Below are positions 43,021 to 53,364 of a stretch of DNA of 55,731 bases, one piece after another (within the stretch, counting starts at the first letter, position 1; every line of letters begins with the position of its first letter). The notes beneath the pieces were generated by a model. That model had not been told where the DNA came from. It was given only the letters and a program-made list of their open reading frames with translations, and made no database searches. The DNA is from Candidatus Caccovivens sp. (lineage in GTDB: Bacteria; Bacillota; Clostridia; Christensenellales; UBA1242), in the NCBI GenBank assembly GCA_051888935.1, contig JBJFCL010000019.1:1-55731 (forward strand), written 5' to 3'. Both the position numbers and the translations under genes were made by a program.

Positions 43021-44592
43021 ATGAAATCAATTTTTAAAAATGTGCTTTTAATAACATTTTTCTCGGTTCTTACAAGGCTTTTTGGCTTTTTGTTTAGGAT
43101 TTTTCTTTCGCGTACGATTGGGGCAGAGGCTCTTGGAATGTATCAAGTGGTATTGTCTGTGTTTATGGTGCTTTTGACGATTGTTTCCAGCGGTTTTACT
43201 TTGATTATTTCGCGCATGACTGCAAGTTATCGTGTTGGGGCGGACAAGAAGGCGATTGGGAGTTTGGTCACAACAAGTCTTTTTATTGGACTTGCTGTCA
43301 GCATTTTCTTGTGTTTGATAATTTTGATTTTTAGAAATCTTTTCCAAAATCTTTTTACCGACCAAAATTGTATGCATATTTTGATAATTTTGCTTCCATC
43401 ACTTGTTTTTTCGGCAATTTACAGCGTCTTTCGCGGTGCGATGTGGGGAAATGACAACTATTTTGGATTATGCGTTAGCGAATTATTGGAACAAATTGTC
43501 AAAATTGTCATCTGTGTGCTTATTCTTGCTTCCGGAATGACAGCACTTCAAAACGCTCTCGCTGTGGCATGGTCATTTACACTTTCTTGTTTTGTATCGG
43601 CATTTTTTGTTATGCTTCTTTATTTTTTCTATGGTGGAAAGTTGAACAAGCCGACCAAAATCTATAAAAAACTCATAAGACAATCAGCACCAATCACTGG
43701 GGTGAGAGTTGCTGGGAGTTTTGCTCAACCTCTTGTTGCTCTCATCTTGCCTGCAAGACTGATAACATCGGGTTATACTTCCAGTCAAGCAATGCAACTA
43801 TACGGTGTGGCAATCGGCATGACTTTCCCGCTTTTGTTTTTGCCTTCAACTTTGATTGGTTCGCTTTCCACAGCACTTGTTCCAGATATCTCAATGGCTC
43901 TTGTGCAAAACGATAACAAACATATCGAAAAAAGAGTGCAATCATCTGTGCTTTTTGCTCTTTTTGTTTGTTTCCTGATTGTCCCGCTTTTTATGGCAGT
44001 TGGAGACAAGATTGGTGTTTTTCTTTACAACGACGCTCTCAGCGGGAAACTATTGCAATATTCTGCTTGGATAATGGTGCCGATGGGTGTAACAAATATC
44101 ACTTCTGCAATCTTAAATTCTGTTGGCTTGGAAGTAAAAAGTTTTGTTAATTATTGCGTAGGTGGTGCTTTGATGTTTTTGGCAATTTTTATTCTGCCAA
44201 AATATATCGGCATAAATGCTCTTATTGTTGGAATGGGGTTGTCCTCAATTACTTCGTCAATATTAAATATCTTTATGATAAGAAAACGGCTTAAAATTGA
44301 AGTCAAAATAATGAAAAATTTGCTGTTGCTTGCATTGTTCTCTTTGCCTACCATTGCTCTAACTTCTTTTGTGAGTTCTCTCCTTTCATATGTTTTGCCA
44401 CTATTTTTTGATATTGCAATTTCCTGTGTTTTGGGTATGGTGGTTTACATTTTGTTATGTATGGTATTTAATGTTATAAACTTTTCAGTTTATCTCGTGC
44501 AATTCAAAGAAAAAATCGCGAAAAAGTCCAAAAATGTCGTTAATTTGTCAAAAAAAATACAAAAAAAGATAAAAAAAGCAAAAAAAATGTAA
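43021..44592 (+). CDS. MOP-superfamily polysaccharide/lipid II flippase (SpoVB/MurJ-like)
   Basis: MKSIFKNVLLITFFSVLTRLFGFLFRIFLSRTIGAEALGMYQ is a typical SpoVB/MurJ N-terminus. About 14 TM segments. The track start 42955 would overlap the LysM gene. Confidence 0.82.
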   Translation: MKSIFKNVLLITFFSVLTRLFGFLFRIFLSRTIGAEALGMYQVVLSVFMVLLTIVSSGFTLIISRMTASYRVGADKKAIGSLVTTSLFIGLAVSIFLCLIILIFRNLFQNLFTDQNCMHILIILLPSLVFSAIYSVFRGAMWGNDNYFGLCVSELLEQIVKIVICVLILASGMTALQNALAVAWSFTLSCFVSAFFVMLLYFFYGGKLNKPTKIYKKLIRQSAPITGVRVAGSFAQPLVALILPARLITSGYTSSQAMQLYGVAIGMTFPLLFLPSTLIGSLSTALVPDISMALVQNDNKHIEKRVQSSVLFALFVCFLIVPLFMAVGDKIGVFLYNDALSGKLLQYSAWIMVPMGVTNITSAILNSVGLEVKSFVNYCVGGALMFLAIFILPKYIGINALIVGMGLSSITSSILNIFMIRKRLKIEVKIMKNLLLLALFSLPTIALTSFVSSLLSYVLPLFFDIAISCVLGMVVYILLCMVFNVINFSVYLVQFKEKIAKKSKNVVNLSKKIQKKIKKAKKM

Positions 44593-44622
44593 AAAAATAA
44601 ATTTTTTAAACATAATACCAAT

Positions 44623-45342
44623 ATGTTAACAATCGTGATTAGAGCAATTATCATCTATTTGGTGGTGCTGTTTTTGTATCGACTTATGGGTAAGAGACAG
44701 TTGGGGCAAATGCAACCTTTTGAACTGGTGCTTACTCTTATTATTGCTGACCTTGCCACAATTCCGATGGCGGAAGTGTCGATGCCAGTGCTTCATGGGG
44801 TCGTGCCTTTATTAACTTTGGTTTTATTGCACTTTATCTTGACCTTTGCAAGTTCTTTATCCAGCAAATTTTCCACCTTTTTGAGCGGGAAACCTGTTAT
44901 TGTCATAAATCCAGAAGGAATTGATTATAAGGCATTGAAAAACTTGAATTTGTCTGTTGATGATGTTTTTGAAGCAATTCGAGGTTGTGGCTATTTTAGC
45001 ATTGAGCAGGTGCAATACGCCATAATGGAAACAAATGGCAAAATGAGTGTCTTACCTAAGAGTGAATTTGCTCCTGTGACTGTTCAAGATATGAAACTTA
45101 ATGTTGAAGCAAGTTCCATTCCGATCAACATTATAAATGAAGGAAGAATTAACCAAAACAATTTGAAAGTTGCAAAACTTGATGAGAACAAATTGAACGA
45201 AATTCTTCAAAAAGCCAAAGTCAAAAAAATAAAAGAAGTTTTGCTTATGACAGTGGATAAGTGTGGTGCAGTTTATTTGCAAAAATTTGGGCAAAAGTAT
45301 CAAACTTTTCAAATTGAACCACTTGGGCAGGTGACAGAATGA
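44623..45342 (+). CDS. DUF421 (YetF-like) membrane protein
   Basis: LYRLMGKRQLGQMQPFELVLTLIIADLA is the family signature. Confidence 0.85.
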   Translation: MLTIVIRAIIIYLVVLFLYRLMGKRQLGQMQPFELVLTLIIADLATIPMAEVSMPVLHGVVPLLTLVLLHFILTFASSLSSKFSTFLSGKPVIVINPEGIDYKALKNLNLSVDDVFEAIRGCGYFSIEQVQYAIMETNGKMSVLPKSEFAPVTVQDMKLNVEASSIPINIINEGRINQNNLKVAKLDENKLNEILQKAKVKKIKEVLLMTVDKCGAVYLQKFGQKYQTFQIEPLGQVTE

Positions 45343-45743
45343 CGAAATATGGTTATTTTAAACTTTTTTCAATTTTGATTATTTTTGCCACATTGGTTTC
45401 TATTTGTGTCATTGAAGATAGGTTGGTGATAAGTTCTTTGGACGCCGTAAATCGCTATTGTTATGAAATTGAAGAAGTTGCCAATCGTGAAGGAACAATT
45501 GTAAATGGTGAAGTTGCGAGTTTGGTGGACAATCTAGAATATAGTTGGAGAGAAAACGAAAGTTCTCTTTGCTTTCTTGCCAATCATAAGTCAATGGAAG
45601 CTTTGGGGATTGAAATAGTAAGACTTAAAACTTACATTGACGAGGAAGAGCCTATTGAATTTTTTACTTCATTGGAAATCATAAAACACTATGTTGAAAC
45701 CTTTCAACATTTTATGGGAGCAAGCATTCACAATGTGCTCTAA
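45339..45743 (+). CDS. DUF4363-like small membrane-anchored protein
   Basis: N-terminal TM segment. ATGA overlap with the DUF421 gene, a pairing common in Clostridia. Confidence 0.6.
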   Translation: MTKYGYFKLFSILIIFATLVSICVIEDRLVISSLDAVNRYCYEIEEVANREGTIVNGEVASLVDNLEYSWRENESSLCFLANHKSMEALGIEIVRLKTYIDEEEPIEFFTSLEIIKHYVETFQHFMGASIHNVL

Positions 45744-45747
45744 AAAT

Positions 45748-45772
45748 AAAAACAGGCACAAACCTGTTTTTT
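45748..45772. terminator. bidirectional terminator
   Basis: AAAACAGG pairs with CCTGTTTT, with loop CACAAA. Confidence 0.65.
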
Positions 45773-45776
45773 ATGT

Positions 45777-46892
45777 TTACCAAACTTTGTCACGCTTTTT
45801 TCTTAAAACAATTAACAAGATGACAACGCCGATGATTATAACAATTCCAATAATGAGAAGCACAAGCCAAACATATGAAGTTTGTGCTTGTTTTATTGTT
45901 GATAGGCCTGCAACTTGCAAGACTCTGTCCTGAGAAGATTGGCTTTTTATTGTAAGTGTTACAGTCCAAATGCCCTCAATGTCGTTTGAATCAAAAATGA
46001 AACTTGTTCCAGTCGGCTCTATTGGACTTTCGTAAAGCACACGATAGTTTGCATATTCTGCCATATTTGACTCTTTAATTGATTTCGACAAGACATAATT
46101 GATGTTCATCTTATCTTTTCCTACCACATTCCACTGCAAATTTGCTGGATTTACATATTTGTAAGTGTCATTGGAAAGATAAACATTATAGATGTTCATA
46201 AGTTTGTTTGAACTTGCGACAGAATACATTAACTTTACATCTGATTGTGCGATGCTGTCAACATTTTGAGGAAGAACGGCGATGTGAAAATCTCCAACAG
46301 ATATGGTGTGTGTTTCATCGTCTTCAACATATGTGTAATTGAAATCAAATTTGTATAAACCAAAGTCGTTTCCTTTGCATCTTGTTGCAGATTCTGTTAT
46401 TTTGCTGGTGCTGTCGATGTAATAATAAAAATCAAATTGAGGGAAGTTGTTGTTTGCAATATTTCCTCTATAAAGGACTTCCACATCTTGACCTCCAAGT
46501 GAGTCATTTAGGTCTTCACTTTTTCGATGTGTAAGCAAAAATTCAAAATTGGTAAAACTCTTAACTGAATTTTCAATATTGCTTTGAAAACGAAAATGTA
46601 AATCTTCCAAATCTTTCCATTCAAAAATATAATAAGTGATTGAACCAACATCTGTTTCAATTTCAGTGGTGTTTAACGGCAAAATGGAACTCTTTCTGGC
46701 GTCAGCACTTAGTGTCACAGAAAAATTGTCATCTTCTATTTTTGCCGATATAAATGTTTCTGCATTTGCTGAAAAATTTGGAATAAACACAAATGTTCCA
46801 ACAAAAACAAGCATACACAAAAGTGCACTACAAAAGATTTTCATTAGAGAAGTTTTTGCTTTCATATATTTAATTTTAGCATAACTTTTCAA
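45777..46892 (-). CDS. secreted, C-terminally TM-anchored surface protein, function unknown
   Basis: N-terminal signal sequence (MKIFCSALLCMLVFVGTFVFIPNFSANA) and a C-terminal TM segment followed by RKKRDKVW. Confidence 0.7.
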   Translation of the reverse strand: MKSYAKIKYMKAKTSLMKIFCSALLCMLVFVGTFVFIPNFSANAETFISAKIEDDNFSVTLSADARKSSILPLNTTEIETDVGSITYYIFEWKDLEDLHFRFQSNIENSVKSFTNFEFLLTHRKSEDLNDSLGGQDVEVLYRGNIANNNFPQFDFYYYIDSTSKITESATRCKGNDFGLYKFDFNYTYVEDDETHTISVGDFHIAVLPQNVDSIAQSDVKLMYSVASSNKLMNIYNVYLSNDTYKYVNPANLQWNVVGKDKMNINYVLSKSIKESNMAEYANYRVLYESPIEPTGTSFIFDSNDIEGIWTVTLTIKSQSSQDRVLQVAGLSTIKQAQTSYVWLVLLIIGIVIIIGVVILLIVLRKKRDKVW

Positions 46893-46949
46893 TTTTTAAA
46901 AACAAAATAAAGAATTTTGAAAAGAAAGTTTGTTTAAAGTTTTTGTTTG

Positions 46950-46978
46950 TTGACAAAAAAGATATAAAAACTTATAAT
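46950..46978 (+). promoter_or_regulatory. perfect consensus sigma-A promoter
   Basis: TTGACA (46950-46955), a 17-nt spacer, then TATAAT (46973-46978). The ATG follows 6 nt later. Confidence 0.55.
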
Positions 46979-46984
46979 AAACAT

Positions 46985-47815
46985 ATGGAAATAGCAGAAA
47001 TTGAAAACGAAATAACTGAAAATCAAATAAGTTTTGATTTTTTAAATGAACTTCAACCAACCGTGGAAGTAAGTGTGGAAGATAATCATGATTGGGTGGC
47101 AAATGAAACCTTGGTGGTTATCGTCAAAGCAAAAGGTGAAATATCACCAAATTTTGACCTTTGCGGAAAGAAACTTGTCGATTGGGTATCTCTTGCCACT
47201 TCTGGTTGCAAACAAGTTTTTATTGATGAGCCGGAAGGCGATATTTTGTCGGCGGTTCGAGACCTTGGAGAAGGTTATGCCTATATTGCGGTGCTATATA
47301 GCGATACTCCACTTCTCAAAAAATCGACTTTTTTTGATATTATGGACTATTTTTCAAAACATAGAATGAATGTTATGTGTCTTAAACGCGGATATGTGTT
47401 TAAGGCAGAATATCTCAAAACTGCAAAAATCATGCTTTCAAGTGCTGTACACGAGTTTGATGGTGAAGATTTTACAATAATTGACAATGCTCAAAAACTT
47501 TCTTATGCATTCAAAATTTTGAACAAAAGGATTTTGGATTATCACAAGAAAAATGGCGTTATTTTCTTTGGGGAAAACACCATTTTTGTTGATGCCGATG
47601 TGGAAATTGAAGCGGGAACAGTTGTCTATCCAAACAACATTTTGAAAGGCGAAAGTTACATTGGAAAGAATGTCATTTTGGAGAGTGGAAATTATATTTT
47701 TGACACAATCATTTGTGACGAGGCTTTTGTTTGTCAAAGTTATTTGGAAAAAAGTAAAATTGAAAAAGGAAAAGTGGTCGGACCTTTTGAAAGGATTATA
47801 AATCAAAAAGTTTAA
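46985..47815 (+). CDS. GlmU-derived protein: degenerate nucleotidyltransferase domain plus short left-handed beta-helix, lacking the acetyltransferase C-terminus
   Basis: Collinear with GlmU: YSDTPLL matches GDTPLL, and hexapeptide repeats run up to VVGPFERI (GlmU has IGPFAHIRP), where the ORF stops. The N-terminal G-x-G-T-R-M signature is replaced by KAKGEISP. Confidence 0.75.
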   Translation: MEIAEIENEITENQISFDFLNELQPTVEVSVEDNHDWVANETLVVIVKAKGEISPNFDLCGKKLVDWVSLATSGCKQVFIDEPEGDILSAVRDLGEGYAYIAVLYSDTPLLKKSTFFDIMDYFSKHRMNVMCLKRGYVFKAEYLKTAKIMLSSAVHEFDGEDFTIIDNAQKLSYAFKILNKRILDYHKKNGVIFFGENTIFVDADVEIEAGTVVYPNNILKGESYIGKNVILESGNYIFDTIICDEAFVCQSYLEKSKIEKGKVVGPFERIINQKV

Positions 47816-47824
47816 GGAAAAGAT

Positions 47825-48331
47825 ATGAATATTGTTGTTGGACTTGGAAATCCAGATGAGAAATACAAAAACACCTATCATAATGTTGGTTTTGATGCCG
47901 TTGATGTACTGGCAAAAAGACTGGGCATAACTTTTTCCAAGCAAAAATACAAAGCTGTTGTTGGAGAAGGCAGTTTCAATGGTGAGAAACTTATGCTTGT
48001 CAAACCTCTTACATATATGAACAACAGTGGGCAGAGTTTGGCACTTGTCAAAGAAAAATTTAAGGACGCCAGAATCATAGTGATTCTGGACGATATTGAC
48101 CTTCCAAGAGGAAATATTAGATACAGAGAGCATGGCTCGGCTGGCACACACAATGGGCTTCGGAGCATTGTGTCATACATCGGCGAAGATTTTGAGCGTA
48201 TAAAAGTTGGCATAGGCAGAGATATTTCGTTGGATTTGGCGGATTATGTGCTTTCAAAATATGACAAAAATGTTTTTGAGCCAATATTAGAAAAAGTTGC
48301 TGACGAAATTGAAGCGAGATTGCAAAAATGA
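47825..48331 (+). CDS. pth: peptidyl-tRNA hydrolase
   Basis: VGLGNPDEKYKNTYHNVGF, DDIDLPRGNIRYR and GSAGTHNGLRS. Confidence 0.95.
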   Translation: MNIVVGLGNPDEKYKNTYHNVGFDAVDVLAKRLGITFSKQKYKAVVGEGSFNGEKLMLVKPLTYMNNSGQSLALVKEKFKDARIIVILDDIDLPRGNIRYREHGSAGTHNGLRSIVSYIGEDFERIKVGIGRDISLDLADYVLSKYDKNVFEPILEKVADEIEARLQK

Positions 48332-51300
48332 AAGAATTTTTAAACTTCTTTAAAAGAAATCTACCCCAAACAAAACATTTGGGAGGTTTTTTTATTGGAG
48401 AAAAAGTTCTGTACTGTGCCAGTTTTGAAAAACTTGTCTATATGCCAGGCGATTTTGTCACAGCGAGTAAACTCAAAAAGGGACTTTCAGACTGCGGTAG
48501 ACAAGTGCAAATCGTTTCTTGTGGCAGAGAAGTGGAAGATGAAAAAGATGTCAATTTGTTGCCGTTTGCAAGTGCAATATGTTCATTTTTGAACAATCAA
48601 ACTGATGTCTTGATTTTTTTGCCGTCCTCATTGACAACAAAATTTGATTTAACTTTTTTAAAACGCAAACTTTCGCTTTCAGTTGGACAAACACTTCCAA
48701 TTGAAGAGCTTTCACAAATTCTCGTTGATTTTGGATATGAGAGAGTGGAATATGTGACAGGCGTTGGTCAATTTGCTGTGCGTGGAGATATTGTGGACAT
48801 CTTTGCCAGTGGGAAAGAACACCCTTACAGATTGGAATATTTTGACGAAGATATTGAAAAAATCATTTCTTTTGATTTTTCCACGATGAAAACAGAAGAT
48901 GTTCAAGACAGCATTGAATTGTTTCCGCTTATTTTGCCTTTTGGAAATGACAGTGTCTTTGATTTATGTGAAAATGTGATTGTTGATGAACCTTTGAAAA
49001 TTGAAAATGAATGTAAAATTCTTGCAAAAAGCAGACAAGAGTTGTCTTGGAATGTTGAAGGACGATTTTTGAATTTTGAAGAAATGGACCTTTCAGATTG
49101 TGTTGTGTTTTCAAATACCAATGACAGCGATTTTGAAAATAAAACTGTGGGACAAAAGAGTTATGTCACTGATTTTCTGTCCTTAAAAAAAGACCTTATG
49201 ATGTATGTCAATGGTCGCATAAATGTCTTTTTGTTTGCAGGTAAATTCTATGACATTTTGAAAGAATTTTTGATAACACACAAACTTTCCTTCCGCGATT
49301 TTGAAGGGCAACTTGTGGACGGCGTGCATATTTATTTGTGCAAAGATTATTTTTCGTTCAGTTTCAGTTTTTTGCAGTGCCAAATCATTGGAATTGGCAC
49401 TGACGACATGTACAAAGCACAAAGAACAGACTACAAAGGAGGGAAGCAAAACTTTTCTTATTTGCCAAAAGTTGGCGACTATGTGGTTCATTCTTTTTAT
49501 GGTGTTGGTCGATGCAAAGATATTGTGCGCATGAAGTTGTCGCACTTTGAAAAAGACTACTTTGTTTTGGAATACAAAAATGGTGCGTTGCTTTATTTGC
49601 CATCAGAGCAAGCGAATTTGGTGTCGGCATATGTCGGTGCAGATTCTCCAAAAATCAATGCACTTGGCACAAATGAATGGACGCGTATCAAAAACAAAGT
49701 CAAACAAGACCTCAAAGAAATTGCCATTTCACTTGCAAAAATTTACAAAGAAAGACGAGAAGCAAAGGGTTATAGATACAAACGAGATGAACAACTTGAA
49801 AAACAATTTGCTGACGCGTTTTTGTATGAACTTACCTCTGACCAAGCACAAGCAATTTGTGATGTTGACCAAGATATGGAAAGCGGTCGAATTATGGATA
49901 GACTTATATGCGGTGATGTTGGATTTGGAAAAACCGAAGTGGCTTTTCGTGCCATATTCAAAGCAGTTTACAATGGAAAACAAGTGGCCTTTTTGTGTCC
50001 AACGACCATTTTGTCAGAACAACATTATCGTTCTTGCAAGCAAAGAATGGAAGGCTTTGGACTTAGAATTGAAGTGCTAAATCGTTTCAAAACTGAAAAA
50101 CAGACCCAAGAGATTTACAAAAAAGTTGCAGAAGGCAAAATTGACATCTTGATTGGCACGCACAAAATTTTGAATGACAATTTACATTTCAAAGATTTGG
50201 GGCTTTTGGTGCTTGACGAAGAGCAACGCTTTGGTGTTAAAGATAAAGAAAAAATCAAGAAGTTCAAAACAGACATTGATGTTTTGACGCTCTCTGCAAC
50301 TCCAATTCCGAGAACGCTTCATATGTCGCTTTCTGGCATTCGTGATATCAGCGTCATCGCCACTCCTCCGAGAGATAGATTGCCAATTCAAACTTATGTC
50401 AGTCCATACAGTGATGGGCTTTTGCAAGATGTCGTTTCAAGAGAACTGTCAAGAGGTGGGAAGGCTCTTGTGCTTTTCAACAAAGTGGCGGAGATATATC
50501 AATTTAGAGCACATGTTGCCAATCTTTTGCCGAATGCCAAAATTGGTGTGGCACATGGACAGATGATGGAGAACGAACTTTCTCGCGTTATTGCTGACCT
50601 TTATGATGACAAATTCAACCTGTTTATTTCAACGACACTCATTGAAAATGGCGTTGATTTGCCAACTTTGAACACTCTTTTTGTTGTTGATTGTGACAAG
50701 TTGGGGCTTTCGCAACTTTATCAAATCAGAGGAAGAATTGGACGCTCTGACAAACTCGCATATGCATATCTCACATATGATGACGGCAAAATTTTGACAG
50801 AAGATGCCTATAAACGCTTGGAGGCGATTAAGGAATTTAGAGAACTTGGAAGTGGTTTTAAGATTGCAGTTCGTGACCTTGAAATCAGGGGTGCTGGCAA
50901 TATTTTGGGGAAAGAACAACATGGTCATATGCAAAAAGTTGGATATGATATGTATGTCAAACTCTTGGAGGAAGTCACAAAAGAACTTTCTGGGCAAGCG
51001 ACAAGCGTGCAGAAAGAAATCAAAATGGAACTTATGCTTGACGCTTATATTTCCGAAGATTATATTCCAATCCAGCAAGAGAGAATTGTTTTTTATGACA
51101 AAATCAGCAAAATTTCTTCCAAAGAAGAATATGAACGCGTGACCGAGGAACTCACTGACAGCAATGGGCTTATGCCTCCATCTGTCGAGAACTTGTGTAA
51201 AATCGCTTATTTGAAAAATTTGGCAAGCAATTTTAATGTCAAAAAAATACGCATAAACAATTCTGAATTTGAAGTTCATTTCTATAAGAGCGAGGAGATA

Positions 51301-51444
51301 ATTCCTCAAAAATTGTCGAATGTGCTCAAATTTTATGATTCGCGATTAAAATTTGAAGATTGTCCTATTCTAAAATTAAACTTTGTCGGCAAAATTGTTG
51401 AAAAAGTGGATCTTCTTATTGAAATTTTTTCCAATGCACTATAA
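48328..51444 (+). CDS. mfd: transcription-repair coupling factor Mfd
   Basis: CarD-like YVVHSFYGVGR, SF2 motifs GDVGFGKTEVA and LVLDEEQRFG, then a TRG/C-terminal domain. ATGA overlap with pth. Confidence 0.95.
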   Translation: MKEFLNFFKRNLPQTKHLGGFFIGEKVLYCASFEKLVYMPGDFVTASKLKKGLSDCGRQVQIVSCGREVEDEKDVNLLPFASAICSFLNNQTDVLIFLPSSLTTKFDLTFLKRKLSLSVGQTLPIEELSQILVDFGYERVEYVTGVGQFAVRGDIVDIFASGKEHPYRLEYFDEDIEKIISFDFSTMKTEDVQDSIELFPLILPFGNDSVFDLCENVIVDEPLKIENECKILAKSRQELSWNVEGRFLNFEEMDLSDCVVFSNTNDSDFENKTVGQKSYVTDFLSLKKDLMMYVNGRINVFLFAGKFYDILKEFLITHKLSFRDFEGQLVDGVHIYLCKDYFSFSFSFLQCQIIGIGTDDMYKAQRTDYKGGKQNFSYLPKVGDYVVHSFYGVGRCKDIVRMKLSHFEKDYFVLEYKNGALLYLPSEQANLVSAYVGADSPKINALGTNEWTRIKNKVKQDLKEIAISLAKIYKERREAKGYRYKRDEQLEKQFADAFLYELTSDQAQAICDVDQDMESGRIMDRLICGDVGFGKTEVAFRAIFKAVYNGKQVAFLCPTTILSEQHYRSCKQRMEGFGLRIEVLNRFKTEKQTQEIYKKVAEGKIDILIGTHKILNDNLHFKDLGLLVLDEEQRFGVKDKEKIKKFKTDIDVLTLSATPIPRTLHMSLSGIRDISVIATPPRDRLPIQTYVSPYSDGLLQDVVSRELSRGGKALVLFNKVAEIYQFRAHVANLLPNAKIGVAHGQMMENELSRVIADLYDDKFNLFISTTLIENGVDLPTLNTLFVVDCDKLGLSQLYQIRGRIGRSDKLAYAYLTYDDGKILTEDAYKRLEAIKEFRELGSGFKIAVRDLEIRGAGNILGKEQHGHMQKVGYDMYVKLLEEVTKELSGQATSVQKEIKMELMLDAYISEDYIPIQQERIVFYDKISKISSKEEYERVTEELTDSNGLMPPSVENLCKIAYLKNLASNFNVKKIRINNSEFEVHFYKSEEIIPQKLSNVLKFYDSRLKFEDCPILKLNFVGKIVEKVDLLIEIFSNAL

Positions 51445-51537
51445 AAAGATTGAGAAATTGTTTGCTTTTGCTTGAAATTTGTCGGCGTTTGTTTTATAAT
51501 ACTATGGTTTAGACAATAAATTAACTTTGGAGATAGC

Positions 51538-53301
51538 ATGAAAAGAAAATTTGGAGCATTACTTTTGTGTTTGATGATGTGTTTGTCTGTTTTTACAGGC
51601 TGTTCTTTGGTCGAAAGAAACGACAAAAATTATTACGAGGCAACTGTTGCCACAATTTCATACACAAATGGACAGACGGAAAATATCACGAAGAGAGAAC
51701 TTCTCACTGCTTACAACAGTTATGGATATAATTATGTCGATAATTATGGCTACACAAGAGAAAAAGCAATTGAAGAAACTTTGAATAGCATTGTAAACAA
51801 TCGTTTGACGTTGATGGCAGTGGAAAATTATTACAAAGAAAATCCAAGTGAAGGCGAGATGTTAAACGGCAATGAACAATCATACATTTGGGACAAAACT
51901 TATGACGCTCTTTATTCAAACTTGAAATCATATTTTGAAGATGCTGTTGAAGGCACAACTCCAAATGAAGTTGAAGCAGAAAAATCTCTCTATACACCTT
52001 TTGATAAGCAAGTTTATTTGGACGAAGAATTAAATCTTAGAAAGACAACTCCTGCAACAACAGTTCGAGAAGATTATGATGGTCTTAGAAATGGAGTTTA
52101 CTACAACTATGAACTTGTTGAAGATGGCGTTCAGACTTACAGAGAACTTATGTACAACAAACTTGTTCCAAATGCTGAAAATTTGGACGAACAATCATAT
52201 AGAGCATGGAAAAACGCTTTAAACAAATATCTTGCTGATGTAAGAAAAAATTATAGTTACATGGACCTTAAAGACGACAAAAAATGCTTCTTGTTTGAAA
52301 TGGACAGAGTTTACAAAATTTTGAAAGACAATTATGTCGTTGAGAAATATTCAGTTATCTTCAATGAACAAAATCATCAAGGTGTGGACATTTCAAATAT
52401 AACTGCAAGTGATGTTTTGGCTTATTATTCAGCAAAAGTAAGAGAAGATTACACAAAATATTATGTTCAAAATGATGTTTCTTCATATGCAAGTGCAATG
52501 CTTTCAAACATTGGCGATGTTGATTATATTTTGGAAGGAAAAGACGCATCACAATATTTCTATGTTGCATCAATCAAAATTGGACTCACAGAAGACCAAA
52601 AAACTGAACTTAAAGATTATCAATCTCAAAGAGATGCGGGCACAATAACTGCAACTCGTTATGAAGAACTTGAAGCACAAATTTATGCAAGTGCAAGTGT
52701 GACAGTTCGAGACAGCAAAACTGGAAAAGAAACAGAAAAGACAATTTCTGCAAGCAATTTACTTCAAATGATAAAAGATGATGTAAACAAACCAAGTTTC
52801 ACCGCAGAAGAGAAAGCAGAAGCATTTAGACAATATCTTTATTTGTATAATAGTGACGACGCTTTGAAAGGTGCAGATTACAACACTGTGTTTGGTCTCA
52901 ACTCATCAAATGAAGTTTTGGCAAACAGCACATTCTCTGAAATGACCGATGTTAAAGATGCAATAAAGGCACTCTACAACAATGGTGATGCACAAATTGG
53001 AGATATGACAGAACTTGTCAAAACTGATGACGGATATTACATTTTCTTCTATGCAGGAAAGATTGGCAATTTGTTTGCTGTGAACGAAAATTTTGAAGCA
53101 AGTTCAGATTTGGAAAAAATTAGAATATTGTCTTCAACAAAACTTAATATTTTCTCAAACAAAACTTTGCTTGACAAAATTTACTCAGAAATGTCAAGTG
53201 ACAACTTCTCCGTTTTTGAGAATATGAACATGAACTATTTGTGGAACAATTACACAAGCAAAGTGGAATATATTGAAAACAATTTGAAGGATTTGTATTG
53301 A
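51538..53301 (+). CDS. lipoprotein, PrsA/SurA-like chaperone with a degenerate parvulin-like C-terminus
   Basis: Lipobox FTGCS. C-terminal VKDAIKAL..GD.TELVKTDDGYYIFFY resembles the end of parvulin domains. The position after mfd matches Clostridia. Confidence 0.55.
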   Translation: MKRKFGALLLCLMMCLSVFTGCSLVERNDKNYYEATVATISYTNGQTENITKRELLTAYNSYGYNYVDNYGYTREKAIEETLNSIVNNRLTLMAVENYYKENPSEGEMLNGNEQSYIWDKTYDALYSNLKSYFEDAVEGTTPNEVEAEKSLYTPFDKQVYLDEELNLRKTTPATTVREDYDGLRNGVYYNYELVEDGVQTYRELMYNKLVPNAENLDEQSYRAWKNALNKYLADVRKNYSYMDLKDDKKCFLFEMDRVYKILKDNYVVEKYSVIFNEQNHQGVDISNITASDVLAYYSAKVREDYTKYYVQNDVSSYASAMLSNIGDVDYILEGKDASQYFYVASIKIGLTEDQKTELKDYQSQRDAGTITATRYEELEAQIYASASVTVRDSKTGKETEKTISASNLLQMIKDDVNKPSFTAEEKAEAFRQYLYLYNSDDALKGADYNTVFGLNSSNEVLANSTFSEMTDVKDAIKALYNNGDAQIGDMTELVKTDDGYYIFFYAGKIGNLFAVNENFEASSDLEKIRILSSTKLNIFSNKTLLDKIYSEMSSDNFSVFENMNMNYLWNNYTSKVEYIENNLKDLY

Positions 53302-53364
53302 TTTGACAAAAACAACTCTTAGGTGTTTGACAAGGGTTGTTTTTTTTGTTAAAATGATTTGGAA

